DNA of 64,000 bases from Tetramitus jugosus (lineage: Eukaryota; Protista; Heterolobosea): positions 124,001 through 188,000 of the forward strand of contig OW569352.1 in NCBI GenBank assembly GCA_937625935.1, in the 5' to 3' direction. A model generated the notes under the pieces. It searched no databases. It saw only the letters and a list, made by a program, of their open reading frames with translations, and was not told the DNA's origin. Shown piece by piece: positions 9,987 through 20,018 of this stretch; positions within the stretch are counted from its first letter, which is position 1, and each line of letters opens with the position of its first letter. Made by a program: the position numbers and the translations under genes.

Positions 9987-12563
9987 ATGAAGTCTTCTCT
10001 GGCTGTTCATACATCATCTACCATGAGTTCCGAAGAGAAACAGCTTCGCTCAATGAAATCATCAACGCTCGATTCTCCCTCTTGCGAGTGTGGTAGCGAA
10101 AAGACTGCTGAACAAATTCATCAGGCATTCGATTCAAGTCAACTCAGGCGAACCAAGAGCCTAAGTACATGGTTTCCCAAGGATCCAGCCTTTGATTTCT
10201 CTCCCAATGTCAACAAGCAACCCCATGAGAAAGAATACTCTGTCGCAAGTTTCTTTATTGAAAAACGACCGTTGCTGTGGTGTGTTGCGGTTTTTGTTAT
10301 CATGCTCACTGGTTACACTGGTTCGAAACATGTGCCAGGAGGATTGATTTCCAAGATTGTATACTTTTTTCAGTATTCATTTATGGGAGTTTCATATCTC
10401 GGGACCCACTTCATCTTCAATCGATTCGTCCTGCCCCGAGCTAAGAAGATGCCACTCGATCAGTTACTAAGGAACACTCATTTCAACAATCGCATTGTTT
10501 TATCAGAAATTTGTCGTACCATCGTATCAGTGGTGTGGATATCTATCCTTCAGACCATGTTGTCCTTCAAAGACTCTCATTCATACTTGTGGACCTTTTT
10601 CTTCTGCTGCATCGAACCCATTTGTATTGAGATGGCCACATACAACCACCGAATTACTTACTCGATCATGTGCTCCTATGTACTGGTGCAACATACATGT
10701 TTTGTTTACATGGGAGCTCCCATTGATCAGTGTCTGGGATCCATTATATGTTGTTTGCTTGTTATCACTCTCAGTGTATCAATGATGCACTTCATGAAGG
10801 ATATGAACCGATGGCACCAGAAAAAAGTGGAGGAACACAGTATCCAAAGAAGTGAGGACATGTATCAGCTACTGTACAGAACAGCCCCCAACGCGTTCCT
10901 CTCTGTATCTCCAGTAGATTACAAAATTACCCATTGTAATATTGCAGGATCTAGCATTTTTGGAAAGACCTGTTGTGAATTGTACAACACTCCTTTGTTA
11001 AATTACTTTAAAAAGGAATCGAGAGATTCTATCTCGAAATCATTGAAAGATTGTGAGAAAGATGAGCATTACTCCTCTGGATGTACTCCACTCTATCTCA
11101 AACATATATGTTGCGCTCAAGTGGACAACAAGGAAGCAATCAACGACGAGAAAACGATTGTAAGTTTATTTGTTAATGCAATTCGAACACCGGATGGAAA
11201 ACCTCTCTCCTACAACATTATTATCCATGATATTACGGAGAAAATTAATCTTTTGGGACAGCTGACCCAAGAGAAGGAGATTGCAGTTCAGGCCAGCAAA
11301 GCGAAATCCAATTTTTTAGCAGTCATGTCACATGAATTGAAAACTCCATTGAATGCTGTGCTAGGGATGACTGATCTATTGCTTCTCACCAAGTTAGATC
11401 TCGTGCAACAGGAATATGTAAGTACCATCAGTCACTCCTCCAAGCTACTGCTCAATCTCATTCAAGATATTCTCGACTTCTCAAAAATTGAAGCAGGCAA
11501 GGTCGAGCTGGAGAAGATTCCCTTTGACTTGAACAAGATTATCGAGCAAATTTCAACAGGTATCCTTCTCCCTCAAGCACAGAAGAAAGGTCTCCATTTC
11601 TGGTTCAAAGTGGACGAAAGTGTTCATCGGTATGTGATAGGAGATGAAAACAGGTTGACTCAAGTTGTTCTCAATCTGTGTAACAATGCCATAAAGTTTA
11701 CAAACTCGGGAGAAGTGTCTGTCTCGATAGAGAATGATACTTCTACAACGACCGAATCTTTAGAAACTGATTGCTTGAGAATACGAGGAGTCATTCGGGA
11801 CACTGGCATAGGTATCGCTGCTGACAAGATTGATGCACTTTTTGATAGCTTCAAACAAGCTGATACTTCAACAACAAGAAAACATGGTGGTAGTGGCTTA
11901 GGGTTAGTGATATCAAAACAATTGTTGGAATTGATGAATGGTTCGATCTCGGTAACCTCTTCGGAAGGTAAGGGAAGTACATTCACATTCACAGCAGAGT
12001 TCAAGAGAGCGACAAAAGTTCAAGTGGACCGACGAAAGTCGGATTCTGTGTTGGAACGATATGCAGAAGTGTTTGAGATTAGAACAACTGATAACGAAGA
12101 CCCATCAAAACAAGAACTAAGCCTGGTGGACTTTGATAAGGCAGAGATTCTATTTGTTGACGACAACACCATAAACTTGAAGGTGGGAGTGAAAATTCTT
12201 AATCATCTAGGCTACTCTCATGTTTGCGTTGCGAAGAATGGACACGAAGCAATCACTATGTATAAGAAGGGTGGTTTCAATTTATTATTCGTCGATCTGT
12301 GTATGCCCTTGGTGGATGGATTTGAAGTTGCAACGAGCATCCGAGAGTATGAGAAAGAGAATAGCAAAGCTCCGTCTATTTTGATTGCTTTAACTGCAAA
12401 CTCTGTTCAGGGAGTTGTAGAGAAGTGTAAGGCATGTGGTTTTGATTTCTTCCTTACGAAACCTACCACAATGTTAGATATTAAGCAAACGATGGATTAC
12501 TTTGTGAAACGAATTGGCCAAATTGATACAACGCCTTGTAGGGTACCCCAATCTGAAGAGTAA
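9987..12563 (+). CDS. Membrane hybrid sensor histidine kinase (TM region-PAS-HisKA-HATPase_c-REC)
   Basis: H-box FLAVMSHELKTPLNAVLG, N-box QVVLNLCNNAIKFT, DTGIGI, GGSGLGLVISK, receiver FVDDN...DLCMP...FLTKP; several N-terminal hydrophobic helices. Start ATG is 9987 or 10023. Confidence 0.93.
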   Translation: MKSSLAVHTSSTMSSEEKQLRSMKSSTLDSPSCECGSEKTAEQIHQAFDSSQLRRTKSLSTWFPKDPAFDFSPNVNKQPHEKEYSVASFFIEKRPLLWCVAVFVIMLTGYTGSKHVPGGLISKIVYFFQYSFMGVSYLGTHFIFNRFVLPRAKKMPLDQLLRNTHFNNRIVLSEICRTIVSVVWISILQTMLSFKDSHSYLWTFFFCCIEPICIEMATYNHRITYSIMCSYVLVQHTCFVYMGAPIDQCLGSIICCLLVITLSVSMMHFMKDMNRWHQKKVEEHSIQRSEDMYQLLYRTAPNAFLSVSPVDYKITHCNIAGSSIFGKTCCELYNTPLLNYFKKESRDSISKSLKDCEKDEHYSSGCTPLYLKHICCAQVDNKEAINDEKTIVSLFVNAIRTPDGKPLSYNIIIHDITEKINLLGQLTQEKEIAVQASKAKSNFLAVMSHELKTPLNAVLGMTDLLLLTKLDLVQQEYVSTISHSSKLLLNLIQDILDFSKIEAGKVELEKIPFDLNKIIEQISTGILLPQAQKKGLHFWFKVDESVHRYVIGDENRLTQVVLNLCNNAIKFTNSGEVSVSIENDTSTTTESLETDCLRIRGVIRDTGIGIAADKIDALFDSFKQADTSTTRKHGGSGLGLVISKQLLELMNGSISVTSSEGKGSTFTFTAEFKRATKVQVDRRKSDSVLERYAEVFEIRTTDNEDPSKQELSLVDFDKAEILFVDDNTINLKVGVKILNHLGYSHVCVAKNGHEAITMYKKGGFNLLFVDLCMPLVDGFEVATSIREYEKENSKAPSILIALTANSVQGVVEKCKACGFDFFLTKPTTMLDIKQTMDYFVKRIGQIDTTPCRVPQSEE

Positions 12564-12640
12564 CTAGCGCACTAACAATTGTTCATTTCATAAAACTATG
12601 AATTTATTTACAAACTGATAAGGAAATCACCGATTACACT

Positions 12641-13417
12641 TCAACTCCATGGCTCACTGGCAGACTTGTATCCAGAGAATTCTGGTTGCTTGTTGGCATT
12701 GATGAGTGGAACATATCTCACCTCTGTCACTCTCTTAACTGAAACATCACCTGACAAGCTCTTGTCAACCAAGCACAAGTGTTGAGTGTAAGTACCAACT
12801 GGAATCACCATGCGACCTCCTGGAGCAAGCTGTTCAACCAACTTTTGAGGGATCTCTGCCGCTGCCGCACCAACGTGAATCACATCGAATGGCGCATATT
12901 CCGGATATCCCTTCCATCCATCACCTTGAGTGAGGTGATACATCTTGTTAATCATTGGTCCCTCGGTTTCTTCGAGGTCCTTCTTGAGTGCACGCTTCGA
13001 GTGCTCAGCAATCTCATCAATGTACTCTATGCCAACGACACGAACTTTATCATCGGGTACGTGATCCTCTCTTCCTTCTTTTTCTGCTTCAGAACACAAG
13101 ATGCATTGGAGCATGCAAGCCATGAGGTAACCGCTTCCTGAACCTACATCCAAACACCTGCATCCAGGTTTCTGAAACTGGTCAACCAAGTATTCTAGCG
13201 CCATCGCGTGAATGTGCGGAGCGGAGATGGTGACTTGAGAGTTGAGTGGGAGAGGAACATCGGCATAGGCTTCACCAAACGTTTCGGGTAACCGCAAGAA
13301 ATTCTTACGATCGACTCGTTTCATTGCTTCGCGAACGAATGGTGTCTTGATGAGACCGTAGCGGAACAGATTGTTGATCAGTCCTTGGTTGGTTGTGGAA
13401 CTACACATCCAAGACAT
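12641..13417 (-). CDS. PCMT1: Protein-L-isoaspartate(D-aspartate) O-methyltransferase
   Basis: TISAPHIHA, LDVGSGSGY, GDGWKGYPEYAPFDVIHVGAAA, QLAPGGRMVIPVG, VRYVPL. Confidence 0.95.
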   Translation of the reverse strand: MSWMCSSTTNQGLINNLFRYGLIKTPFVREAMKRVDRKNFLRLPETFGEAYADVPLPLNSQVTISAPHIHAMALEYLVDQFQKPGCRCLDVGSGSGYLMACMLQCILCSEAEKEGREDHVPDDKVRVVGIEYIDEIAEHSKRALKKDLEETEGPMINKMYHLTQGDGWKGYPEYAPFDVIHVGAAAAEIPQKLVEQLAPGGRMVIPVGTYTQHLCLVDKSLSGDVSVKRVTEVRYVPLINANKQPEFSGYKSASEPWS

Positions 13418-13936
13418 TGTTTTTAACGTAAAAGAAAGATAGTAGCTTGAAGCAGAGGGTTGTATTCAGGTTTCGCGAACTTTGAATGTGTGAATTAAAG
13501 CTAGAATGTTAACACGTGTCGGAGAACTTTCCAAGTAGTGTGAAATGAAAGAGACACGAATGTTGCTTGCTTGAGATTATTGTCGATCAACTTGTGAGAA
13601 ACACGTGTTGCTTGTTTTCTGAGAAAGAGATTATTGTCACCAAACGATCTTTGTGAGCTCTGATCTCTTCTTTCTCTCTCACAAAAACGAGCACATCACA
13701 ATCGAATAATGTAGGTCTGTTCAGCAGCCAAAAACAGATTTCTCGGCGAGGTTTATCAAGATCGTAAACCGATTCACTGCAAGATCCTTCAGTGAGGAGG
13801 GATTCTTTTAACAGAAAAGGGCTGACAACCAATCCATCTGCCGAAAATGTTCATCACACATACTTGAGCAATGTAAACACACACACAAAAAGACTCTCAC
13901 ACACACATGTTTGCATCAAACAACAAGATTATCCAT

Positions 13937-14587
13937 TTAATTTTGGGCAACCATGAATTGCAATGGGTTGACAGTCAATGGCTGTTGTCTCTCCAAAGAT
14001 CTCTTTTCAGACAAGTTCTGGCAAGCAGATGGCAAGTTGAAGACACTTTGGTCTGGGAGAGTGCTGAAGCCTTGGAAGTCGTACCATTCTTGGAAGACGT
14101 GAGCGTGAGTAGCACCACCTCTGGAGATGAGGTTGACTGGAACACCGAATGAACCAGATGGAGCAATGACCAATCTAAGCTTGAGGCCTTGAATGTTCTC
14201 GTCCCAAACTTGGCATTTGAGGGATCCACCAATGACAATATCATGGGAGTGCTTGGCATCTTGAGCCAAACAGAATTGGTTCAAAGATCCAGTCAATGGG
14301 AAGGATTGGCAGGTACCAGAGGTTCTGTCATATTCATATGCCTTACCAAGGTCATATCTGTAGTACAGAGAGACTTCTCTTTGAACAGGCTCAAGAATCT
14401 TAATGTCAGTTCTTTGCTTGTTGGTGGAAGCATCATAGTAGAAGTATTGAGTGTCGTCAAAGGACTTCTTTGGGTCAGCAAGGATTGCTCTGGCCTTGAA
14501 AGCCTTTTCGATACAGTGTTCCTCAGCAGCGACGAAAGCAATCAGTGCGACAAACACCAAAGCCAAAATGATTCTGGAAGCGTTCAT
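13937..14587 (-). CDS. EPDR1: Ependymin-related secreted/lysosomal protein (LolA/EPDR fold)
   Basis: Signal peptide, YYDASTNKQR, YDLGKAYEY...CQ, C-terminal PDQSVFNLPSAC signature. Confidence 0.8.
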   Translation of the reverse strand: MNASRIILALVFVALIAFVAAEEHCIEKAFKARAILADPKKSFDDTQYFYYDASTNKQRTDIKILEPVQREVSLYYRYDLGKAYEYDRTSGTCQSFPLTGSLNQFCLAQDAKHSHDIVIGGSLKCQVWDENIQGLKLRLVIAPSGSFGVPVNLISRGGATHAHVFQEWYDFQGFSTLPDQSVFNLPSACQNLSEKRSLERQQPLTVNPLQFMVAQN

Positions 14588-14815
14588 GTTATTACAAGGG
14601 TATTGGTTTTTTTTTTCAGTGTTTTGGATTTCAGCAAAGCACTCAAGGCCAGAAGTGCCCTATCCGGATTTCCATCATCGGCCGCCCAAAGTCGTCAAGA
14701 ATTACTGAGCACGCGATCATGTTGGACACTTCAAGCAATTCATTTTTTACAAAATTGAATGAAAAATTACAACAAAGGGAAACGCTTTAAATAACTCCGA
14801 GGATCACGACATTTT

Positions 14816-17563
14816 TTACTGTTTGCACACTACGTTAATCAGATTACGTGCGGCAACCACGACAATCTTTTGAATCTTGAGGTCTGCCAAATACTTTTGA
14901 CCTTCTTTTGATTCACTGATAATTTCCTTTAGTCTATCTTCGTTGGCCAGATCATCCTTTGCAACTTCAATCTCACCTCGTGCCTTGCCATTGAAGGCAA
15001 GAGTTACTTTGACTGTGCTCTGAATGCTACTGTGTGCCTCTACCAGTTTTTGGAAGACTTTCGAGGTTGGATATGGGTGATGGTGGACAGAGGGTGTCTT
15101 TTTCCACTCATTGTCCAAGGGCAGATGCGATGTCACCGATGTGAACATTTGGGAGGCGAAGCCAGGAGCGAAGGGAGCCATAAGAATAGCTAGTTGAATA
15201 ATTGCCACTTCGAATGCTTCAGTCTGGTACACTTTGTCATTCTTTGCAACTTCTTGTAGAGCGTTTGAGTACTTGTGTAGGTTGGAGATACATGTGTTCA
15301 GAACCTGTTCTTCAAACACGTTTCTTCTGGTCTGATCAATCAAGGTGCCCAATTCAATCAAGTAGGAGGAGTCTTCGCTTGGTTGATATTCGATATTATT
15401 CTTCTTGGCCGCAACAAACGCAGATATTAGAGCTTCAGTCTTCTTCAAAAACCTTTCTTGACCGGCAATTTGTCTCGAGTCCCACTCTAATTCCTTTTCA
15501 ATTGGCGCCTTGAAAAGAATGAACAGTCTGACCACATCAGATCCCAACTTGGATACGATATCTGTTGGATCAACGCCATTGTACTTGGATTTTGACATTT
15601 TCTCCCAGACTGCTTTCAGAACTGTTCTAGTTTGCTTGTCAACAACAGTTCCATCTGGCAGTCTCTCAATTTCATCAGGCTTATAGTATCTATCGGTTTC
15701 CAGATTCTTGTATGTTTCTCCCTGGACCATACCCTGAGTGAGCAACTTTTTGAATGGTTCCTTGTCTTCTACATATCCAGTAGAGTGCAGGAACTTGTGA
15801 ATGTAACGAGAGTACAACAAGTGAAGCACTGCATGTTCAATACCGCCGATATAAAAGTCTACATTCATCCATTTCTTTGCAACTTCGGGATCAAATGGTT
15901 GGTTCTTGTTTGTTGCGTCAGTGTATCGCAGGAAGTACCACGAAGAGTCTACAAAGGTATCCATCGTATCAGTCTCCCTTCTGCAGCTAACACCCTTTCC
16001 ACAAGGACATTTAACGTTTAACCAATCTTGAGCACTTGCCAAAGGATTGCCCTTCAATGACTTAAAGTCGATACCCTCAGGCAAACGTACTGGGAGATCA
16101 CTTTCAGGAACGGCAACCGGACCACATGAAGGACAGTGAACGATAGGAATTGGAGCTCCCCAGTATCTCTGTCTAGAGACTAGCCAATCTCTGAGTCTGT
16201 ATTGCATCGTTTCTGTTCCCACACCTAATTCTTTTGCATGTTCTGTAATCAACTTCTTAGCTTCGCTGTTTGAAACACCATCAAAGTTGCCACTATTCAC
16301 TAAAGTGCCGTTGCCAGTGTAACATTCACCTTCGGCATCTTCTAAAGGCTTGATTACTTGGACAATATCAATTGAGTGCTTCTTTGCGAACTCAAAGTCT
16401 CGTGTATCATGTGCAGGCACACCCATGACACAACCCTCTGCAAAATCAGCAATCACATAATCGGCAATATAAACAGGGATCTTCTGATTTGTGAGTGGAT
16501 GAATAGCATAGACACCCAAAAAGTGTCCTTCCTTTGATGTACCTGCTTGCTCTGTTCTCTTGGTTCCGGACATGGACTGCAGTCTTTGAACAAATGTTGC
16601 CACAGATTCCTTTTCGCTATCCGGTGTAATCTGAGACACAACATCATGCTCTGGTGCCACAGCAAGATAAGTCACTCCAAACAAGGTATCAGGTCGCGTA
16701 GTGAAAACTTTAATCGAGTGCGGTTGCTGTTCCGATCCAGGGACAACAATCTTGAACACAAACTCTGCTCCTCTTGATTCACCAATCCACGCACGCTGCA
16801 TCGCCTTCACGTTCTCTGGCCAATTTTCAAGCTCATCCATATCGTGCAACAAATCATGAGCAAATTTTCGAATCGAGAAGAACCACTGTCTCAATTTCTT
16901 CTTCTCCACAATGGCACCCGATCTCCACGATCTTCCTGTAGCATCCACTTGTTCATTCGCCAACACAGTCTGATCCACTGGATCCCAATTCACAAACGAT
17001 TCCTTCTGATAGGCATTCCCAGTCTTAAACAATTGCAAAAACATCCATTGTGTCCACTTGTAATACTCTGGTGAACAAGTGGAAATTTCACGATCCCAAT
17101 CCACATCCAAATCCAACAATTCCAACTGTTTCTTCATTTGACCAATGTTCAATTTGGTCCAATCCGATGGAGCGACTCCTCGTTCAATCGCAGCATTCTC
17201 TGCAGGCAAACCAAACGCATCCCAACCCATTGGATGAAGCACACGATGACCATTCATGCGAAATGCACGACTAATGACATCACTGATCGTATAGACTCTG
17301 ACGTGACCCATGTGTAGTGAACCACTGGGATAAGGGAACATGCTCAACACGTACTTTTTATCGTCACTGGTGTTATTGTTGTTGTTGTTCTTGCTGTGCT
17401 GTGCTTGTGCTTGTTCTTGTTGTTTTTGATGATGATCATTGTGGTTGGTGAACTGATGAAAAAGTGAGGAGGGATGGTAGAGTGTAGGAGTGTTGTTGAT
17501 GCGAAGATGATGGTGATGATTATGTTGGCGCGTGTAGAAGCGAATGGCACTCGCACGGTTCAT
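14816..17563 (-). CDS. LARS2: Mitochondrial (bacterial-type) leucyl-tRNA synthetase
   Basis: MFPYPSGSLHMGH (HIGH), FTTRPDT editing domain, DWLVSRQRYWG, KMSKS; Arg/His-rich N-terminal presequence from the first ATG at 17563. Confidence 0.95.
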   Translation of the reverse strand: MNRASAIRFYTRQHNHHHHLRINNTPTLYHPSSLFHQFTNHNDHHQKQQEQAQAQHSKNNNNNNTSDDKKYVLSMFPYPSGSLHMGHVRVYTISDVISRAFRMNGHRVLHPMGWDAFGLPAENAAIERGVAPSDWTKLNIGQMKKQLELLDLDVDWDREISTCSPEYYKWTQWMFLQLFKTGNAYQKESFVNWDPVDQTVLANEQVDATGRSWRSGAIVEKKKLRQWFFSIRKFAHDLLHDMDELENWPENVKAMQRAWIGESRGAEFVFKIVVPGSEQQPHSIKVFTTRPDTLFGVTYLAVAPEHDVVSQITPDSEKESVATFVQRLQSMSGTKRTEQAGTSKEGHFLGVYAIHPLTNQKIPVYIADYVIADFAEGCVMGVPAHDTRDFEFAKKHSIDIVQVIKPLEDAEGECYTGNGTLVNSGNFDGVSNSEAKKLITEHAKELGVGTETMQYRLRDWLVSRQRYWGAPIPIVHCPSCGPVAVPESDLPVRLPEGIDFKSLKGNPLASAQDWLNVKCPCGKGVSCRRETDTMDTFVDSSWYFLRYTDATNKNQPFDPEVAKKWMNVDFYIGGIEHAVLHLLYSRYIHKFLHSTGYVEDKEPFKKLLTQGMVQGETYKNLETDRYYKPDEIERLPDGTVVDKQTRTVLKAVWEKMSKSKYNGVDPTDIVSKLGSDVVRLFILFKAPIEKELEWDSRQIAGQERFLKKTEALISAFVAAKKNNIEYQPSEDSSYLIELGTLIDQTRRNVFEEQVLNTCISNLHKYSNALQEVAKNDKVYQTEAFEVAIIQLAILMAPFAPGFASQMFTSVTSHLPLDNEWKKTPSVHHHPYPTSKVFQKLVEAHSSIQSTVKVTLAFNGKARGEIEVAKDDLANEDRLKEIISESKEGQKYLADLKIQKIVVVAARNLINVVCKQ

Positions 17564-17877
17564 GTTTGGATTTTTGTTGTTTTTGTTGAAGTTTGGTGGT
17601 GTGAACAAATATTTTTCCTATTCAACTCATAAAAGTATTCAAAAGAGTACGTGTTAAGGATCCTCTCTGGTTGTGGGATGATTGCTGGAAGGTATACTAT
17701 TGTGTTTGCTTGAAAGATATTGAACCATTCATGCTGAATCATGTGCAGTTTCCATGGAAACGAAAACCTGCAAAAAAACTCCCTCAAAACACCAAGTCCC
17801 AAAATAGCGCTGATCGAAGGTTGAAGTTCGCGCACAAAGCTTCACTCAACAAACCAACAAACAAATTCCGGCGAGAT

Positions 17878-18812
17878 ATGAGCAACGTTACTAGAGGATC
17901 TGTTACCGAGATCTCATCCGTGGATCAATTCAGAAACATTATTTATCAAAATCCAGAAAAACTGATCGTGTGCGACTTTTTTGCTACATGGTATGTAGCA
18001 GCTGACCAAAGCTTGAACACACATTGCTTGTCAATTTGATTCAATCGACTCATTCTTTTTCATGTCTATTCATTCTCTCACGTGTATAAAGGTGTGGTCC
18101 ATGTCAAGTGATTGCTCCACAGGTGGAGAGCATGGCTGAAATGCACCGCAACGTCATCTTTCTGAAGATTGATGTCGATCAGTTGCAAGAGATTAGTGTG
18201 ATGAATCAAGTTCGTGCCATGCCCACTTTCCTCTTTTTCAAGAATGGTGCCAAGATTGCCCAGTTTGAAGGTGCAGATAGCTCAAGGCTCCAAAATATGG
18301 TTCTACAGTATGACACGTTCGAGAATGTGTTGGTCAAGCAGGCAAAGGAATTGTTGGACAATCAAAAGAGTTTGGCGTTTGCACAGAATTTGGATTGCTT
18401 GAAAACTATTCGCAGCTTATTGTCCAATGTGGTGAGTCATCCCCATGAAGAAAAGTATCGATCCATTCGAACCACCAATCCAGCAATCGAGAAAAGACTG
18501 GGCTCTGCTCCAGGTGCATTCCAGTTCTTAGAAGCTGTCGGGTTCGAAAGACAAGGAGAAAACTTGGTTCTGAGCAAGGACAAAAATGTGAAGGACCAAT
18601 ATCAAGACATTCTGGAACTGCTGGATCAAAAACAGAACCATGTCTCCAGAACTGCCCAAATGTTGCTCAAAGACAAGCAAGACGAAGAAAAGAAAAGAAA
18701 AGAGCTAGAAGATAGGAAGACCAAGATTCGTGAAGAGAAGAAGAGACAGATGGAAGAAAAGCAAAAGTTGACCTTGCAAACCAAGATGGACCACAAAGAT
18801 GGCAACCTATAA
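17878..18812 (+). CDS. Thioredoxin-PUB domain fusion protein with C-terminal coiled coil (2 exons)
   Basis: Intron 17991-18091 reconstitutes DFFATW|CGPC; AMPTFLFFKNG; PUB motif NVVSHPHEEKYRSIRTTNPAIEKRL...FLEAVGF. Confidence 0.88.
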
Positions 18813-19062
18813 ACACAACACTTGCAATCATGGAAGAAGAAAAATCCGGTTTCTGCGTGTTCCCGAGTATTCTACTTCCTTTTTTGAAGAAACGATCACG
18901 AACATCGCCGAGAAAGAGTCCCAGGATAATTTTGAGCATCACACCAGGACTTTTCCTCCGGTACATTTGAAAAGCAATCCTTGGTTTGGATGCCTGAAAA
19001 ATAAATTACTTTCATAAAACTAATATCACATATTGTGACAACAAGGGTCAGATCAAGTCTGG

Positions 19063-19773
19063 ATGGAGGAGAACAAGCAATCACCGGCAAGGAAGCGAAT
19101 AATCGCATGTGGCAATTGCCGCCTTACTCACAAGAAGTGCTCAGAAGAGAGACCATGCAGAACTTGTGTCAGTCTCGGCATACCAGAGTTGTGTTGTGAC
19201 CCTCCACAGAAGAAAACGACTCAGTATCACAATTATTTTATTCACCCTTCATCTGATGAACCAATAAAGACGACCCAGATTGTTCGGAGCATCAGCACAA
19301 GCACAATCAGCACCAGTAGTACTTCTGATAGCTACAATTACACTTCATCACGCCAATCTCATCAACACAGCAGAACATCCAGTGAGACAGCACTTCCATC
19401 TGTCAAGGGATCGCTACCTACCTCAAATTTAGAAAGGAACCCAACTCAGAACAACCATCAATCTGTCTCAAGTGGCTCTCCTATATTCCCTGATACAAGT
19501 AACAAACCATCAGTGCCTCCATTGTACCAATATAACAGTCCCACAAGAATGTCCAACCCTGAGTATCATTCGACGACGCCACAGGCTATTCAATCTCCAC
19601 AACCTACCAATCAGAGCCAGCCGCTCCCAAGAGCTCATTCACCAAACAACCGGTTTATTTATGACATGACCAACGAAGAGAGGGCTCACAATTTGTCACC
19701 AATTATGCACCTACCTCGTGACCACCTAAGAAAACCACACATTGAAACAATGCTTCCCTCGCATAGGTTATGA
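19063..19773 (+). CDS. Zn(II)2Cys6 binuclear cluster transcription factor
   Basis: ACGNCRLTHKKCSEERPCRTCVSLGIPELC six-Cys pattern followed by an S/P/Q-rich disordered region. Confidence 0.88.
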   Translation: MEENKQSPARKRIIACGNCRLTHKKCSEERPCRTCVSLGIPELCCDPPQKKTTQYHNYFIHPSSDEPIKTTQIVRSISTSTISTSSTSDSYNYTSSRQSHQHSRTSSETALPSVKGSLPTSNLERNPTQNNHQSVSSGSPIFPDTSNKPSVPPLYQYNSPTRMSNPEYHSTTPQAIQSPQPTNQSQPLPRAHSPNNRFIYDMTNEERAHNLSPIMHLPRDHLRKPHIETMLPSHRL

Positions 19774-20018
19774 GCTCCCCACTAGACAGGATTCGTTCCC
19801 ATCACCTTGTATAAAAATTAGAATCGTTATCCCGTGTGCATTCTCCTTCTAGTTCTCTCACATCAGAGCGAAATTTGGGGCCGCGTGTAGCATTTCCAAA
19901 TTGAGTGATCGCTATCCCGGGTAATTTCAATTGAAGAAGCAACAATTCGAAATAAGCGCATCAAAAAAACCAAGAACAAAAATTAACGAGTGATTGTATT
20001 GGTGTTTGAACGTTCAAC

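Noticed and set aside
14189-14758. Long antisense/overlapping ORFs (e.g. 14189..14758, 59004..59522, 61488..62075)
   Set aside because: They shadow well-supported genes, carry no motifs, and are explained by codon bias and triplet repeats.
14816-17563. Bacterial-type LeuRS as contamination or recent horizontal transfer
   Set aside because: It has a mitochondrial-type presequence with host-style His/Asn/Gln tracts; this is the expected organellar enzyme.
18799-19017. 72-aa ORF as upstream exon or gene before the Zn2Cys6 factor
   Set aside because: It overlaps the Trx-PUB stop, has no motif, and I could not establish a frame-consistent splice.
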